Shown in pieces: positions 38,203-48,120 of a stretch of 64,000 bases of DNA (position 1 is its first letter; the number at the start of each line of letters is the position of its first letter). Location of the stretch: contig CACPPU010000001.1 of assembly GCA_902635945.1 (NCBI GenBank), positions 299,453 through 363,452 of the forward strand, given 5' to 3'. The translations under genes and the position numbers were made by a program. The notes beneath the pieces are model-generated. The model had not been told where the DNA came from. It saw only the letters and a program-made list of their open reading frames with translations, and did no database searches. This DNA comes from an uncultured Candidatus Actinomarina sp. (GTDB taxonomy: Bacteria > Actinomycetota > Acidimicrobiia > Actinomarinales > Actinomarinaceae).

Positions 38203-40293
38203 CTAAACGTTATGCTGTTGACCTGAATTTATGTAATCTTGAGCAATAATTGCTGCTTTAGAAACCGCTTTTATTTCCTCCCAGGTAAAAGGGTTCTGTG
38301 ATTTATCTCTTACATAATCAAAAAAGATACTAAGTGATTCTTTGTGGCCTTTGCCTGTTGAAAATGTTTTACTTCTGTCTTGTGAGCCCTCTAGAAACCT
38401 TAACATTTTAAAATCTTCGAGTATATAAGAGTTGCCTTCTCCATGAACTTCTATTCGTTCTTTGCTCAAAATTTGATTTGCTTCAGAAAAATACTGTAGA
38501 GAGGCATGTGAACCATTTGCAAAATTAATGTTTAAGAAAACTTGGTTATCTTTAGTCATATTATTTGTTTTATCAATTGGGGCAGATGCCGAAATGCTTT
38601 GAGGAAGTGAATCAAATAAATAACAAGCTAGATCAATGCCGTGAACAGCTTCACCAACAATTCTTCCACCACCAATTTCCTTTATATTTGTCCAATGATT
38701 GCTGTCGAGGGGCGGGACACTAAATCGCAGATTTATACTGTTTGCTGGATTATTAATTAATTTTTGTTTAATAAATTGAGCTGATTTTGAAAATCGTCTG
38801 TTGAATCCAATAAATAGTTTTGGATTTTCAGATCTATAAATACTCTCCTCAATATCCGTAATTGACTGCATGTCTAAAGCTAATGGTTTTTCAACATACA
38901 CAGCTTTTCCTTTATTTAGTGCTTTTATCACTAAATCTGAATGGTTGTGGTGAGGTGTTAATATAAGAACCGCGTCAATTTCATCAGCATTTAGTATCTC
39001 TTCTTCAGTAGAGTATTTATTTTTAATTTTAAAACTTTTCGCAAGTGACTCAGCACTTAAACCCTTTGACGATGCTATCCCAAGAACTTTGCATTCTCTT
39101 TTCAGTTCTTTAAGGACAGGCATTATCGTTGTAGCTGCAAAATTTCCAGCACCCAATATTCCTACATTTACTTTTGATGTTTTTGGTTCTGGTTGTAAAT
39201 CATTTTCTATTTCAATTTTTGGTTCAGCGTCAATGTTATATCTAAGTACCACTGATAATGGTTTACTCTCATCTTCAAATTTTTCATAAACACTTGGTGC
39301 ATCTTCAAACGCTATCTCTTCAGATACTAAATCAAGCAAATGAATTTGTTTTTGTGACAAGAGTTTTGTAAATGCTTCAAAGTTTCTGTTTTCGGTCCAG
39401 CGCACATATTCAATTGGATAATCATTTCCTAACGCTTCGTACTGTTTATCGTACCTTCCAGGACCATAAGATTTTGAAACCACAAGTTCAAGTTCTTTAT
39501 AGTAAAAATCATTCCTAGAAATATTTAAAGGAATGTCACCAATAACAACAATTTTTGCTTTATTGCGAGCAATTTTTGTAGCTAATTCTATTGGTTCATT
39601 ACTGCTTGTTGCAGCGGTAATGATTACAGTATCAACATCTTTCAGTTCAACATCATCTGCAGAAGTAAAAAAATTATCTCCATATTTAGATCTTTCAGGA
39701 TCAGGATCTATTCCAATTACTTCTGAACCTTGCGCTTCAGCTAGCCTGCATACTAAATGTCCTATAACTCCGAGACCTACAACAACTACTTTTGAACCAA
39801 GGCTTGTCTCAGATAGCCTAAGACCATGCAATGCAATACTTCCTAAAACAGTGAAGGCTGCTTCTTTGATGTCTGTACTTTCATCAATTCGACTACATAG
39901 GTTTTCACTAACAACAACATATTCAGCATGGCCTCCATTAGAGACAACTTTATCTCCAACGTGGTAAGTGCTGACACCTTGTCCAACTTTGACTACTTCG
40001 CCTGCTGAACTATATCCAAGCTGAAGAGGAAGAAGGTTTTTTGGAAATACAGCATTCCAGACTGCCCCAATACCCTCTTTCTTTAACAGTTCTAATCCTT
40101 TATCAATATTTGAACTGTTTTGAAGCTTATCTGTGACAGTGGTGTTTGCTACTTCGATAGCAGCTAACTCTGTTCCTGAAGATACAACTGAATAGTGGTT
40201 TTTTATAAGTATCTCACCTGGACCGGGGTTAGGAATAGGAGTATCCCATAAAATTGGAGTGGGATTATTTTTTTCAACTACTAACTGTTTCAT
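38203..40293 (-). CDS. Bi-domain oxidoreductase (MDR/alcohol-dehydrogenase-like plus Gfo/Idh/MocA)
   Basis: SSGTE, LGYSSAG, GLGVIG and SYGPGRYD...VRWTENRN; second domain GAGNF, VEKP, GFNRRF and GGGRIVGE. Confidence 0.88.
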   Translation of the reverse strand: MKQLVVEKNNPTPILWDTPIPNPGPGEILIKNHYSVVSSGTELAAIEVANTTVTDKLQNSSNIDKGLELLKKEGIGAVWNAVFPKNLLPLQLGYSSAGEVVKVGQGVSTYHVGDKVVSNGGHAEYVVVSENLCSRIDESTDIKEAAFTVLGSIALHGLRLSETSLGSKVVVVGLGVIGHLVCRLAEAQGSEVIGIDPDPERSKYGDNFFTSADDVELKDVDTVIITAATSSNEPIELATKIARNKAKIVVIGDIPLNISRNDFYYKELELVVSKSYGPGRYDKQYEALGNDYPIEYVRWTENRNFEAFTKLLSQKQIHLLDLVSEEIAFEDAPSVYEKFEDESKPLSVVLRYNIDAEPKIEIENDLQPEPKTSKVNVGILGAGNFAATTIMPVLKELKRECKVLGIASSKGLSAESLAKSFKIKNKYSTEEEILNADEIDAVLILTPHHNHSDLVIKALNKGKAVYVEKPLALDMQSITDIEESIYRSENPKLFIGFNRRFSKSAQFIKQKLINNPANSINLRFSVPPLDSNHWTNIKEIGGGRIVGEAVHGIDLACYLFDSLPQSISASAPIDKTNNMTKDNQVFLNINFANGSHASLQYFSEANQILSKERIEVHGEGNSYILEDFKMLRFLEGSQDRSKTFSTGKGHKESLSIFFDYVRDKSQNPFTWEEIKAVSKAAIIAQDYINSGQQHNV

Positions 40294-40314
40294 TTCTCTA
40301 CTGCTTAATAATAA

Positions 40315-40971
40315 CTAATTTACTTCAGAAATTAAGGGTGAGGTTAAATTAATGTAATCTCCATCAGTTGATTTTATCTTTAGAGATCCATCTTCGTTTA
40401 TATCTTCAGCCCATCCTCTACCTTCTGGGTATTCCACAATTTTTCCGATTGTTTGTAGTTTTTGTTTGTATTTATCTAAATCAAAATTATTTTTAGAAAG
40501 TGATGACAGCACTTCACTCGCCCATTTTTCTGCATGTAAATTGATTAATGAATCTTCCTGTTTTTTAGTAAAGACTGAACCTGCTCCAGGTATCTCTGGT
40601 TTCTCCCAAAAATAATTTATTCCCATTCCGATGCAAATATTGTTTTCAGACTTTTCAACAAGTATTCCACCTACTTTTAAATTGTTTAAAACAATATCGT
40701 TGGGCCACTTTAAGCTGAGATTTATATCTTTAAGAACTTCTGTGAATACGTAGCCCGAGAGAAGTGGAATAAGTGTGTGTTTTAGTTTTATATCCTCTTG
40801 TTTTATTGCAAGTGAACATGCCAGTGCCTGGTCAGCATTTAACCAAGTTCTATTCGATGTGCCTTTGCCTTTTTCCTGTGAGTAGCTAATAACAAGAATT
40901 GGTTCGCTTGATAATTCACTTAGTGCATATTCCTGTGTATTGTAAATGGATTCAAAAAAAAAGGTTTTCAC
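40315..40971 (-). CDS. birA: Biotin--protein ligase without DNA-binding domain
   Basis: QEKGKG, LKWPND and KVGGILVE; divergent from the carboxylase operon. Confidence 0.88.
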   Translation of the reverse strand: MKTFFFESIYNTQEYALSELSSEPILVISYSQEKGKGTSNRTWLNADQALACSLAIKQEDIKLKHTLIPLLSGYVFTEVLKDINLSLKWPNDIVLNNLKVGGILVEKSENNICIGMGINYFWEKPEIPGAGSVFTKKQEDSLINLHAEKWASEVLSSLSKNNFDLDKYKQKLQTIGKIVEYPEGRGWAEDINEDGSLKIKSTDGDYINLTSPLISEVN

Positions 40972-41030
40972 AGTGTTACTTCTTTACATATATATAGGTC
41001 AAATACATACATTAACAATAAACAGGAAAG

Positions 41031-42524
41031 ATGGGCATGTCAGACGATAATTTAGCTGAAATTCGTGATGAAAAAGCTAAAAAGATTCAGCATCCAAAAG
41101 GGAAATTAACAGCTTACGAAAGGCTGAATTTACTATTGGATGAAGGCTCTTTTAGTGAAATAGACCAACATGTTACTTCTGAAGAAAATCCTGATGGTGA
41201 AGCAGTTGTAACTGGTACTGGCACAATTCATGGACGTCCAGTGTTTGTATTTAGCGAAGACTTTTCTGTCATGGGAGGAAGTCTTGGTGAAGTTGTGGCT
41301 AAAAAAATCCTAAAAGTTATGGATCATGCACTAGAAGCTAGAGCGCCAATTATTGGAATAAAAGACTCTGGTGGTGCAAGAATTCAGGAAGGTATCTCTT
41401 CTTTGTATGGTTATGCTCAAATTTTTAAGAAGAATGTTGAAGCTTCTGGGAAAATTCCACAAATATCTGTTGTGGTTGGCCCTTCTGCTGGTGGAGCAGT
41501 TTACAGCCCAGCACTGACTGATTTTATTTTTCAAGTACAAGATATAGGACAGCTATATGTAACAGGACCTGCGGTTGTTAAAACTGTTACTGGAGAAGAG
41601 GTGTCCTATGAAGAATTAGGTGGAGTAGAAGCACACGGTACTAAATCGGGTGTGTCTCATCAAATTTGTGAATCTGAAGAACAAGCATTTGAAGAAATTC
41701 GATATCTTATGAGCTTTCTTCCACAGTCTTCATCTCAAAAACCTCCTGCATTCATTACAGAAGATGAATCTTCTAGAACAATAGAATCTTTAGATAGTTT
41801 TATTCCGGAAAATAGAAATCAACCATATGATATGACAAAAATAATTTCAGATATTTCAGATGATGGAGAGCACTATCCTATTCAAAGTAACTATGCGCTC
41901 AACATTATTACAACTTTTGCAAGAGTAAATGGAAATACCATTGGAATAGTAGCTAACCAGCCAATGGAGCTTGCAGGAGTTTTGGACATCAAGGCTTCAG
42001 AAAAAGCAGCAAGGTTTGTGAGATTTTGTGATGCATTCAATATACCTATTCTTACTTTGGTTGATGTTCCTGGATTTTTACCTGGAGTTGAGCAAGAACA
42101 CGGTGGAATTATAAGAAGTGGTGCAAAACTATTATACGCTTACTCGGAAGCAACAGTTCCAAGGGTATGTGTGGTTATAAGAAAAGCATATGGGGGAGCT
42201 TATATCGTTATGGATTCAATAGGGCTTGGTGCGGATAAATTATTTGCGTGGCCAAGCGGAGAAATTGCAGTCATGGGCGCTGAAGGAGCAGTTGACATAA
42301 TACACAGAAGAGAATTAGCAGCGGCAGACAATAAAGAAGAGCTCAAGTCAAAGTTAGTCGCAGAGTACAATGATAAATTTAGTAATCCTGATATTGCTGC
42401 ACAATTAGGCTTAATTGACAATATTATAAAACCAAGTGAGACAAGAAAAGTAGTTATTGACTCATTTAAAGACTTAGTAAATAAAGGAGAGTTAGGAGAT
42501 AAACATGGAAACATACCCCTCTAA
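41031..42524 (+). CDS. Acyl-CoA carboxylase carboxyltransferase (beta) subunit
   Basis: DSGGARIQEG, AGGAVYSPA, VDVPGFLPG, RKAYGGAY and KHGNIPL. Confidence 0.95.
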   Translation: MGMSDDNLAEIRDEKAKKIQHPKGKLTAYERLNLLLDEGSFSEIDQHVTSEENPDGEAVVTGTGTIHGRPVFVFSEDFSVMGGSLGEVVAKKILKVMDHALEARAPIIGIKDSGGARIQEGISSLYGYAQIFKKNVEASGKIPQISVVVGPSAGGAVYSPALTDFIFQVQDIGQLYVTGPAVVKTVTGEEVSYEELGGVEAHGTKSGVSHQICESEEQAFEEIRYLMSFLPQSSSQKPPAFITEDESSRTIESLDSFIPENRNQPYDMTKIISDISDDGEHYPIQSNYALNIITTFARVNGNTIGIVANQPMELAGVLDIKASEKAARFVRFCDAFNIPILTLVDVPGFLPGVEQEHGGIIRSGAKLLYAYSEATVPRVCVVIRKAYGGAYIVMDSIGLGADKLFAWPSGEIAVMGAEGAVDIIHRRELAAADNKEELKSKLVAEYNDKFSNPDIAAQLGLIDNIIKPSETRKVVIDSFKDLVNKGELGDKHGNIPL

Positions 42525-43044
42525 AAATATTGCTATTACATGGGTAGAAAAAGGTAGTGTTGCAAGAAATTTATTCTTATCCTTAGGTTTTGCAATATTA
42601 ACTGCACTTAGTGCTCAAATACGAATTGTTATTCCAATCTCGCCTGTTCCTATAACTGGTCAGACATTTGTTGTGCTTTTATCAGGATTAATATTGGGTG
42701 GCACTTTTGGAGCAATCAGTATGTTAATGTATCTATTTATTGGTATGTCTGGTCTTCCTTTTTTCTCAGCGGGAGTTGCTGGTCTTGCAATTTTAAAAAG
42801 CCCAACAATAGGATATATAATTGGATTTTTTCTAGCAGCCTATGTAATAGGTGCTTTTGCAGCTAAACCTGTACTGGCTATTCTGCTTGGTTCATTAACT
42901 ATATATATTGCTGGTGTTTCTGGATTGATGATAATTTTAAATACTTCATTTTCTAATGCTCTTGCAATTGGAGTTGTTCCGTTTTTGATAGGAGATGCTA
43001 TTAAGTCTATTTTGGCAATGGGCTTGGCTTTTAAATTAAAGTAA
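42505..43044 (+). CDS. bioY: Biotin transporter BioY
   Basis: PVPITGQT, GLPFF, PTIGYIIGF and PFLIGD. Confidence 0.92.
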   Translation: METYPSKNIAITWVEKGSVARNLFLSLGFAILTALSAQIRIVIPISPVPITGQTFVVLLSGLILGGTFGAISMLMYLFIGMSGLPFFSAGVAGLAILKSPTIGYIIGFFLAAYVIGAFAAKPVLAILLGSLTIYIAGVSGLMIILNTSFSNALAIGVVPFLIGDAIKSILAMGLAFKLK

Positions 43045-43046
43045 AT

Positions 43047-44744
43047 ATGACTCAAAAAAGAATCCTAATCGCAAACAGAGGTGAAATAGCGCTTCGAATT
43101 ATTAGATCTGCCAAAGAAATGGATTTATATACTATTGCTGTTTACTCGGATGCAGATGAAGATGCTTTACATACTAAACGAGCTGATGAATCTTATTATC
43201 TTGGAGGGTCTTTACCTGCTGAAAGCTACAGGAATTTAAAAAAATTAGTCAAAGCTGCTGAAGAAACAAATGCAGACTTAGTTCATCCAGGATATGGCTT
43301 TCTCGCAGAAAACGCTGATTTTGCAAAAGCTATAGAAAAAAAAGGCATTACTTGGGTAGGACCTAAACCTGAAACAATTAAATCTATGGGTGACAAAATT
43401 GAATCAAGAAAATTAGTCTCAAAAATTGGACTTAATCCTGTACCGGGTCAGCTAAAACCTTCAAGGTTTCAAAGAGACGCAGTAAAGGATGCTGAAAGTT
43501 TTGGATATCCTGTTGCATTAAAAGCTGCGCATGGTGGCGGAGGAAAAGGATTAAGGATTGTTCACAACGAAAAAGAGCTTCTTGAAAATTTTGATATTGT
43601 GAAGCGAGAAAGTGAAGCTTATTTTGGTTCTGATCAAATCTATGTAGAAAAATTTATAAAACCAGCAAGACACGTTGAAACTCAAATTCTTGCTGACAAG
43701 TATGGCAATGTTTTGTATTTAGGTGAAAGAGATTGCTCTTTACAAAGAAGGAATCAAAAGTTAATTGAGGAAAGCCCCCCTGAGTGGCTATCTGAATACG
43801 GAAGAGAAAAATTAAAAGAGTTTACACTTAAAATCGCATCTAACTCAGATTATGTAAATGCTGGAACTGTAGAGTTCCTTGCTGATAGTGACGAAAACTT
43901 TTACTTCCTTGAAATGAATACTCGATTACAAGTAGAACATACAGTAACGGAAATGAGATATGGTCTTGACCTTGTAAAAGAACAAATAAAAATTGCGCTA
44001 GGAAACTCTATTGAGGATTATGAGCTTGATCCTAGAGGACACAGTATAGAGTTTAGAATTAATGCAGAAGACCCAAATAACAACTTTCTACCAACTCCTG
44101 GAACAATAACTGAGTATAGAGAACCAACTGGTAATGGTGTACGTATTGATGGGTGGGCAAGAACGGGTACTCAAATTACTCACTATTATGACAATCTAAT
44201 TTCAAAATTAATCGTATGGGGTGTTTCGAGGGAAGAGGCAAGATCCAAAGGGATCAGGTGCCTTGAAGAATATATTATCGGAGGTATCCCTACGACTATA
44301 AATTTATTAATAGATATTTTAAAAACTAAAGAATTCGTCAACAGTCAGATACATGTAAAGTTTTTAGAGGAAAACTTCGAAATACGTGAAATTGAAGAAG
44401 ATGAAGTTACTTCTGATAGACCAAGCAAGGTAAAAATTTCATTGGACGACACAACTAATCCAACTCTTGCTCCACAACGTCCTAAAAAAGTAGGTATGGA
44501 CCTTACAGGAAATATAAAAAATCCAGGAATAATTTTTGCAGAAATGCAAGGAACAATAATGGATACTATGACTAAGCAAGGTAAAAAAGTAAAAAAAGGT
44601 GACTCATTATTTGTTCTTGAAGCAATGAAAATGGAAAATGTTATTACAGCTCCAATTGATGGTGTAATAAAAAAATTTAATATTGAAAAAGGACAGCCTG
44701 TTAAAAAAGGTGATTTGTTAATCGAGATTGAAGCTAAGTTCTAA
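43047..44744 (+). CDS. Acyl-CoA carboxylase alpha subunit (biotin carboxylase plus BCCP)
   Basis: ANRGEIA, HPGYGFLAEN, GGGGKG, RDCSLQRR, EMNTRLQVEH and the biotinyl EAMKM. Confidence 0.96.
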   Translation: MTQKRILIANRGEIALRIIRSAKEMDLYTIAVYSDADEDALHTKRADESYYLGGSLPAESYRNLKKLVKAAEETNADLVHPGYGFLAENADFAKAIEKKGITWVGPKPETIKSMGDKIESRKLVSKIGLNPVPGQLKPSRFQRDAVKDAESFGYPVALKAAHGGGGKGLRIVHNEKELLENFDIVKRESEAYFGSDQIYVEKFIKPARHVETQILADKYGNVLYLGERDCSLQRRNQKLIEESPPEWLSEYGREKLKEFTLKIASNSDYVNAGTVEFLADSDENFYFLEMNTRLQVEHTVTEMRYGLDLVKEQIKIALGNSIEDYELDPRGHSIEFRINAEDPNNNFLPTPGTITEYREPTGNGVRIDGWARTGTQITHYYDNLISKLIVWGVSREEARSKGIRCLEEYIIGGIPTTINLLIDILKTKEFVNSQIHVKFLEENFEIREIEEDEVTSDRPSKVKISLDDTTNPTLAPQRPKKVGMDLTGNIKNPGIIFAEMQGTIMDTMTKQGKKVKKGDSLFVLEAMKMENVITAPIDGVIKKFNIEKGQPVKKGDLLIEIEAKF

Positions 44745-45118
44745 TGATTTACGGTATAGGCGTTGACCAAGTCGATCTAAATAGAGTAAGAAAGCTTTTA
44801 AATAAGTCTCAATCAAAATTTGAAAAAAGATGCTTTACGCAGAATGAAATTATTTATGCAAATCGATTCAATGATCCTGCTAAAAGACTAGGTGCCAGGT
44901 TTGCTGCAAAAGAAGCTGTCATGAAATCTTTAGGTAAAGGTTGGAGGCAGTTAGGTTGGAAAGATATTGAAATTAGTGGTGGAGGCAAACCAGAAGTTCA
45001 TTTATATGGAAAAGCAAAAGAATTAGCAAAAGAACTTAATATTGGAACTGTACATGTATCTCTGTCTCACGAAGAAGATAAAGCAATAGCATTTACCATT
45101 TCAGAAATAGATAAATGA
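44744..45118 (+). CDS. acpS: Holo-ACP synthase
   Basis: GIGVD, RFAAKEA and SLSH motifs. Confidence 0.95.
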   Translation: MIYGIGVDQVDLNRVRKLLNKSQSKFEKRCFTQNEIIYANRFNDPAKRLGARFAAKEAVMKSLGKGWRQLGWKDIEISGGGKPEVHLYGKAKELAKELNIGTVHVSLSHEEDKAIAFTISEIDK

Positions 45119-46026
45119 ACTGGGTAGCAATGTTTCCGGGACAGGGCTCCCAGCAAGTAGGAATGGGCGAAGAATTACTTGATTTATATCCAGATCTTTT
45201 AATTGAGGAGTTTGAAGAAACTTTGGGTTGGTCTTTGAAAGAGACTATTTTACATAGTGATCAAACCGAGATTACAAAAACAAATATTGCTCAACCTTAT
45301 ATATTTGCAATTTCCTACTGTTACGGATTGGAAGCTTTCAAAAAACTAGGCCTACCAAAAGTTGGTATAGGCCATTCACTAGGTGAATATACTGCATTAG
45401 CACTAGCTGAATTCATAAGCTACAGTGATGCATTAAAAATTATTTCTGTGAGAGGTGTTTCTATGCAGAAAGCCGTTGAAAACTCCAATTCAACAATGGC
45501 TGCCGTTTTAACGTCAGACCTTAAACAAACAATAGATGCAGTTGAAGCACTTAACAATCAAGGTGTTTCAATCAATATATCTAACTTTAACGATGGTACA
45601 CAAATTGTTATTGGTGGATTGAAAGATGACATAGATTACTTAAGATCAAACCCAATTGATTTGGGTGCAAAAAGAGTGATACCCCTTGATGTTGCTGGTG
45701 CTTTTCATTCAAAATTTGTTTCTCCTGCAAAACAAGAAGTTCAAAGCATAATCGAGACAGTTGATTTTTCAGAAGGTAAGTTTGATGTTTATATGAATGT
45801 AGATGCAAACATAGCTGACCTTACAACAATAAAACAGAGGCTTATTGATCAAATTGACAACAGCGTGCTATTTTATGACCAAATATTGAATATCGAAAAT
45901 ATTGTGAATCCGGAAAAGTGGTATCATATCGGACCTGGAAATGTAACTGCTGGGATGGTAAAAAAGTCTATATCTAGTAAGGGTATTGAAATTATTAATT
46001 CATTAGACTCTTTGAATACTATTTAA
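45115..46026 (+). CDS. fabD: Malonyl-CoA:ACP transacylase
   Basis: FPGQGSQ, GHSLGE and GAFHS motifs. Confidence 0.95.
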   Translation: MNWVAMFPGQGSQQVGMGEELLDLYPDLLIEEFEETLGWSLKETILHSDQTEITKTNIAQPYIFAISYCYGLEAFKKLGLPKVGIGHSLGEYTALALAEFISYSDALKIISVRGVSMQKAVENSNSTMAAVLTSDLKQTIDAVEALNNQGVSINISNFNDGTQIVIGGLKDDIDYLRSNPIDLGAKRVIPLDVAGAFHSKFVSPAKQEVQSIIETVDFSEGKFDVYMNVDANIADLTTIKQRLIDQIDNSVLFYDQILNIENIVNPEKWYHIGPGNVTAGMVKKSISSKGIEIINSLDSLNTI

Positions 46027-46039
46027 ATAGGGAGATTTT

Positions 46040-47134
46040 GTGAAGTCGACTATAACTGGTTGGGGCAAATGTGCACCAGACAACATAATGACAAATGATG
46101 ATTTAGCTGTTTTTGTTGATACCTCAGATGAATGGATTCAGCAGAGAACTGGAATTCAGGAAAGAAGATTTTGCCATGTTAACAACTCAGATATGGCTGC
46201 TGTTGCAGGACAACATGCAATTGCCTGTGCAGGCTTAACACCAGAAGATATAGACGTAGTTATTCTTGCTACATGTACTCCTGACAGTATTGTCCCATCA
46301 GCTGCAGCTCATGTTCAAAGAAAACTTGGTGCTGTTAATGCATCTGTATATGACATTAATGCTGCATGTGCAGGTTTTGTATATGCATTAGAGCAAGGAA
46401 AAGCTTTTATAGAAAGCGGGCTTTACAAGAGAGCTTTAGTTATTGGCTCTGAACACATTACCTGGTTACTTGATTGGTCAGATAGAAACACAGCAGTTCT
46501 ATTTGGAGATGGAGCTGGAGCAGTTGTTGTTGAAGAAAGTAAATCCCCTGAAGATGGTGAAATATTTTCTTTCGTCAATGGATTAAGTTCAGATAAGTTA
46601 GATATTTTAGAGGTTCCGAACTTTGGTTCAGCAATGGATAGGTTTAAAAAAGATGAAGCAGCAAGAGTTACATGGACGTTTGATGGACAAGAGATTTTTA
46701 AAGGTGGAATCAGAGCGATGTCCACAGCGTCTGATGAAGTGATTACGAAATCTGGATTAACAAAAGAAGATATAGACCTCTTGATTCCCCATCAAGCTAA
46801 TTTAAGAATAGTTGAGGGGTTAGAGAAAATGTTAAGTCTTCCAAATGCTACCACGATTAAAAAAGTTCATAAATATGGCAACACCTCTGCGGCCTCAATT
46901 CCAACTGCCTTAGTCGATGCGTTAGAAGAAGGTGAAATTAAAGGTGGAGAAGTTGCTATTTTTACAGCTGTGGGTGCAGGTCTTTCATGGGGTGCATGTG
47001 CCCTACGTTTAGGAGAGAGAACAACACCTATAAACACTTCCAATGCAAAACTTCCTGATTTTGATGGAAAGGCAGTTGATACGATAAGAAGAGCAATTGA
47101 GTATCAAATACCTGATAAATTAGATCTTATATGA
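46040..47134 (+). CDS. fabH: Beta-ketoacyl-ACP synthase III
   Basis: TSDEWI, AACAGF, LFGDGAGA, PHQAN and GNTSAAS. Confidence 0.95.
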   Translation: MKSTITGWGKCAPDNIMTNDDLAVFVDTSDEWIQQRTGIQERRFCHVNNSDMAAVAGQHAIACAGLTPEDIDVVILATCTPDSIVPSAAAHVQRKLGAVNASVYDINAACAGFVYALEQGKAFIESGLYKRALVIGSEHITWLLDWSDRNTAVLFGDGAGAVVVEESKSPEDGEIFSFVNGLSSDKLDILEVPNFGSAMDRFKKDEAARVTWTFDGQEIFKGGIRAMSTASDEVITKSGLTKEDIDLLIPHQANLRIVEGLEKMLSLPNATTIKKVHKYGNTSAASIPTALVDALEEGEIKGGEVAIFTAVGAGLSWGACALRLGERTTPINTSNAKLPDFDGKAVDTIRRAIEYQIPDKLDLI

Positions 47135-47859
47135 AAACAGCATTAATTACTGGAGGCTCTAGGGGCATAGGAAGTGCTATTGCATTAGAGCTTGGAAAAA
47201 ATTTTCATGTTGTAGTTGGATATGCTACTTCAGAAGACAAAGCCAATGATGTTGTTAAAGAAATTGTTGCTGCTGGTGGAAGTGCAAGTACAGTTCAAAT
47301 CGATATATCAAATGCTGAATCTGTAGATACTGCATTTTCAACAGTAGAAAAAGAATACAACTCTGTAGAAGTCTTGATCAATAATGCAGGAATTACACAA
47401 GACAATATATTACCAAGAATGAAAGAAGCTGAATGGCTTGAAGTAATTCAAACTAATCTAACAGGAAGTTTCTATACATCGCAAAGAGCTATCAAGCTTA
47501 TGATGAAAAACAAATGGGGAAGAATTATATTTATATCATCTGTAGTTGGATTATCAGGCAACCAAGGTCAGGCAAACTATGCTGCATCAAAGGCTGGATT
47601 AATAGGGTTGGCAAAATCAATTAGTAAAGAAATGGGTTCTAGAAATATTACATCTAACGTAGTTGCTCCAGGATATATTGAAACAGACATGACCTCTTTT
47701 TTAGATGATGAAAATAAAGAAAATATTATAGAACAACTATCAATTAAACGCATCGGTAAACCAGAAGATATTTCAAATGTAGTATCTTTTTTATGTAGCG
47801 AAGAGTCAGAATATATAACAGGACAAGTTATACCAGTTGATGGTGGTTTAACAACGTAA
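47131..47859 (+). CDS. fabG: 3-oxoacyl-ACP reductase
   Basis: TGGSRGIG, NNAGIT, GQANYAASK and APGYIETDM. Confidence 0.95.
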   Translation: MKTALITGGSRGIGSAIALELGKNFHVVVGYATSEDKANDVVKEIVAAGGSASTVQIDISNAESVDTAFSTVEKEYNSVEVLINNAGITQDNILPRMKEAEWLEVIQTNLTGSFYTSQRAIKLMMKNKWGRIIFISSVVGLSGNQGQANYAASKAGLIGLAKSISKEMGSRNITSNVVAPGYIETDMTSFLDDENKENIIEQLSIKRIGKPEDISNVVSFLCSEESEYITGQVIPVDGGLTT

Positions 47860-47872
47860 TTAGGGAGTAATT

Positions 47873-48112
47873 ATGGAAGCAAATGAAGTTTTTGAAAAAG
47901 TAAAAGGTCTTTTTGTAGAAGACCTTGGTATTGATGAATCAAAAGTAACAATGGATGCAAAGTTGGAAGAGGATTTGGAAATTGATTCATTAGGAATAGT
48001 TGAAGTTGTTATGGCCTTTGAAGATGAATTTGATATTGAAATTGATGATGAAGAACTTGCTGATGTATCAACAGTTGGCCAAGCTGTAAATCTACTTCAT
48101 TCAAAAATATAA
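47873..48112 (+). CDS. acpP: Acyl carrier protein
   Basis: 79-aa acidic protein with DSL phosphopantetheine site; RBS GGAG. Confidence 0.95.
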   Translation: MEANEVFEKVKGLFVEDLGIDESKVTMDAKLEEDLEIDSLGIVEVVMAFEDEFDIEIDDEELADVSTVGQAVNLLHSKI

Positions 48113-48120
48113 TTCGAATC

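Noticed and set aside
38120..38203. tRNA-Arg or tRNA-Leu as an integration site for an island or prophage
   Set aside because: No integrase and no duplicated tRNA 3' end were seen in the window.
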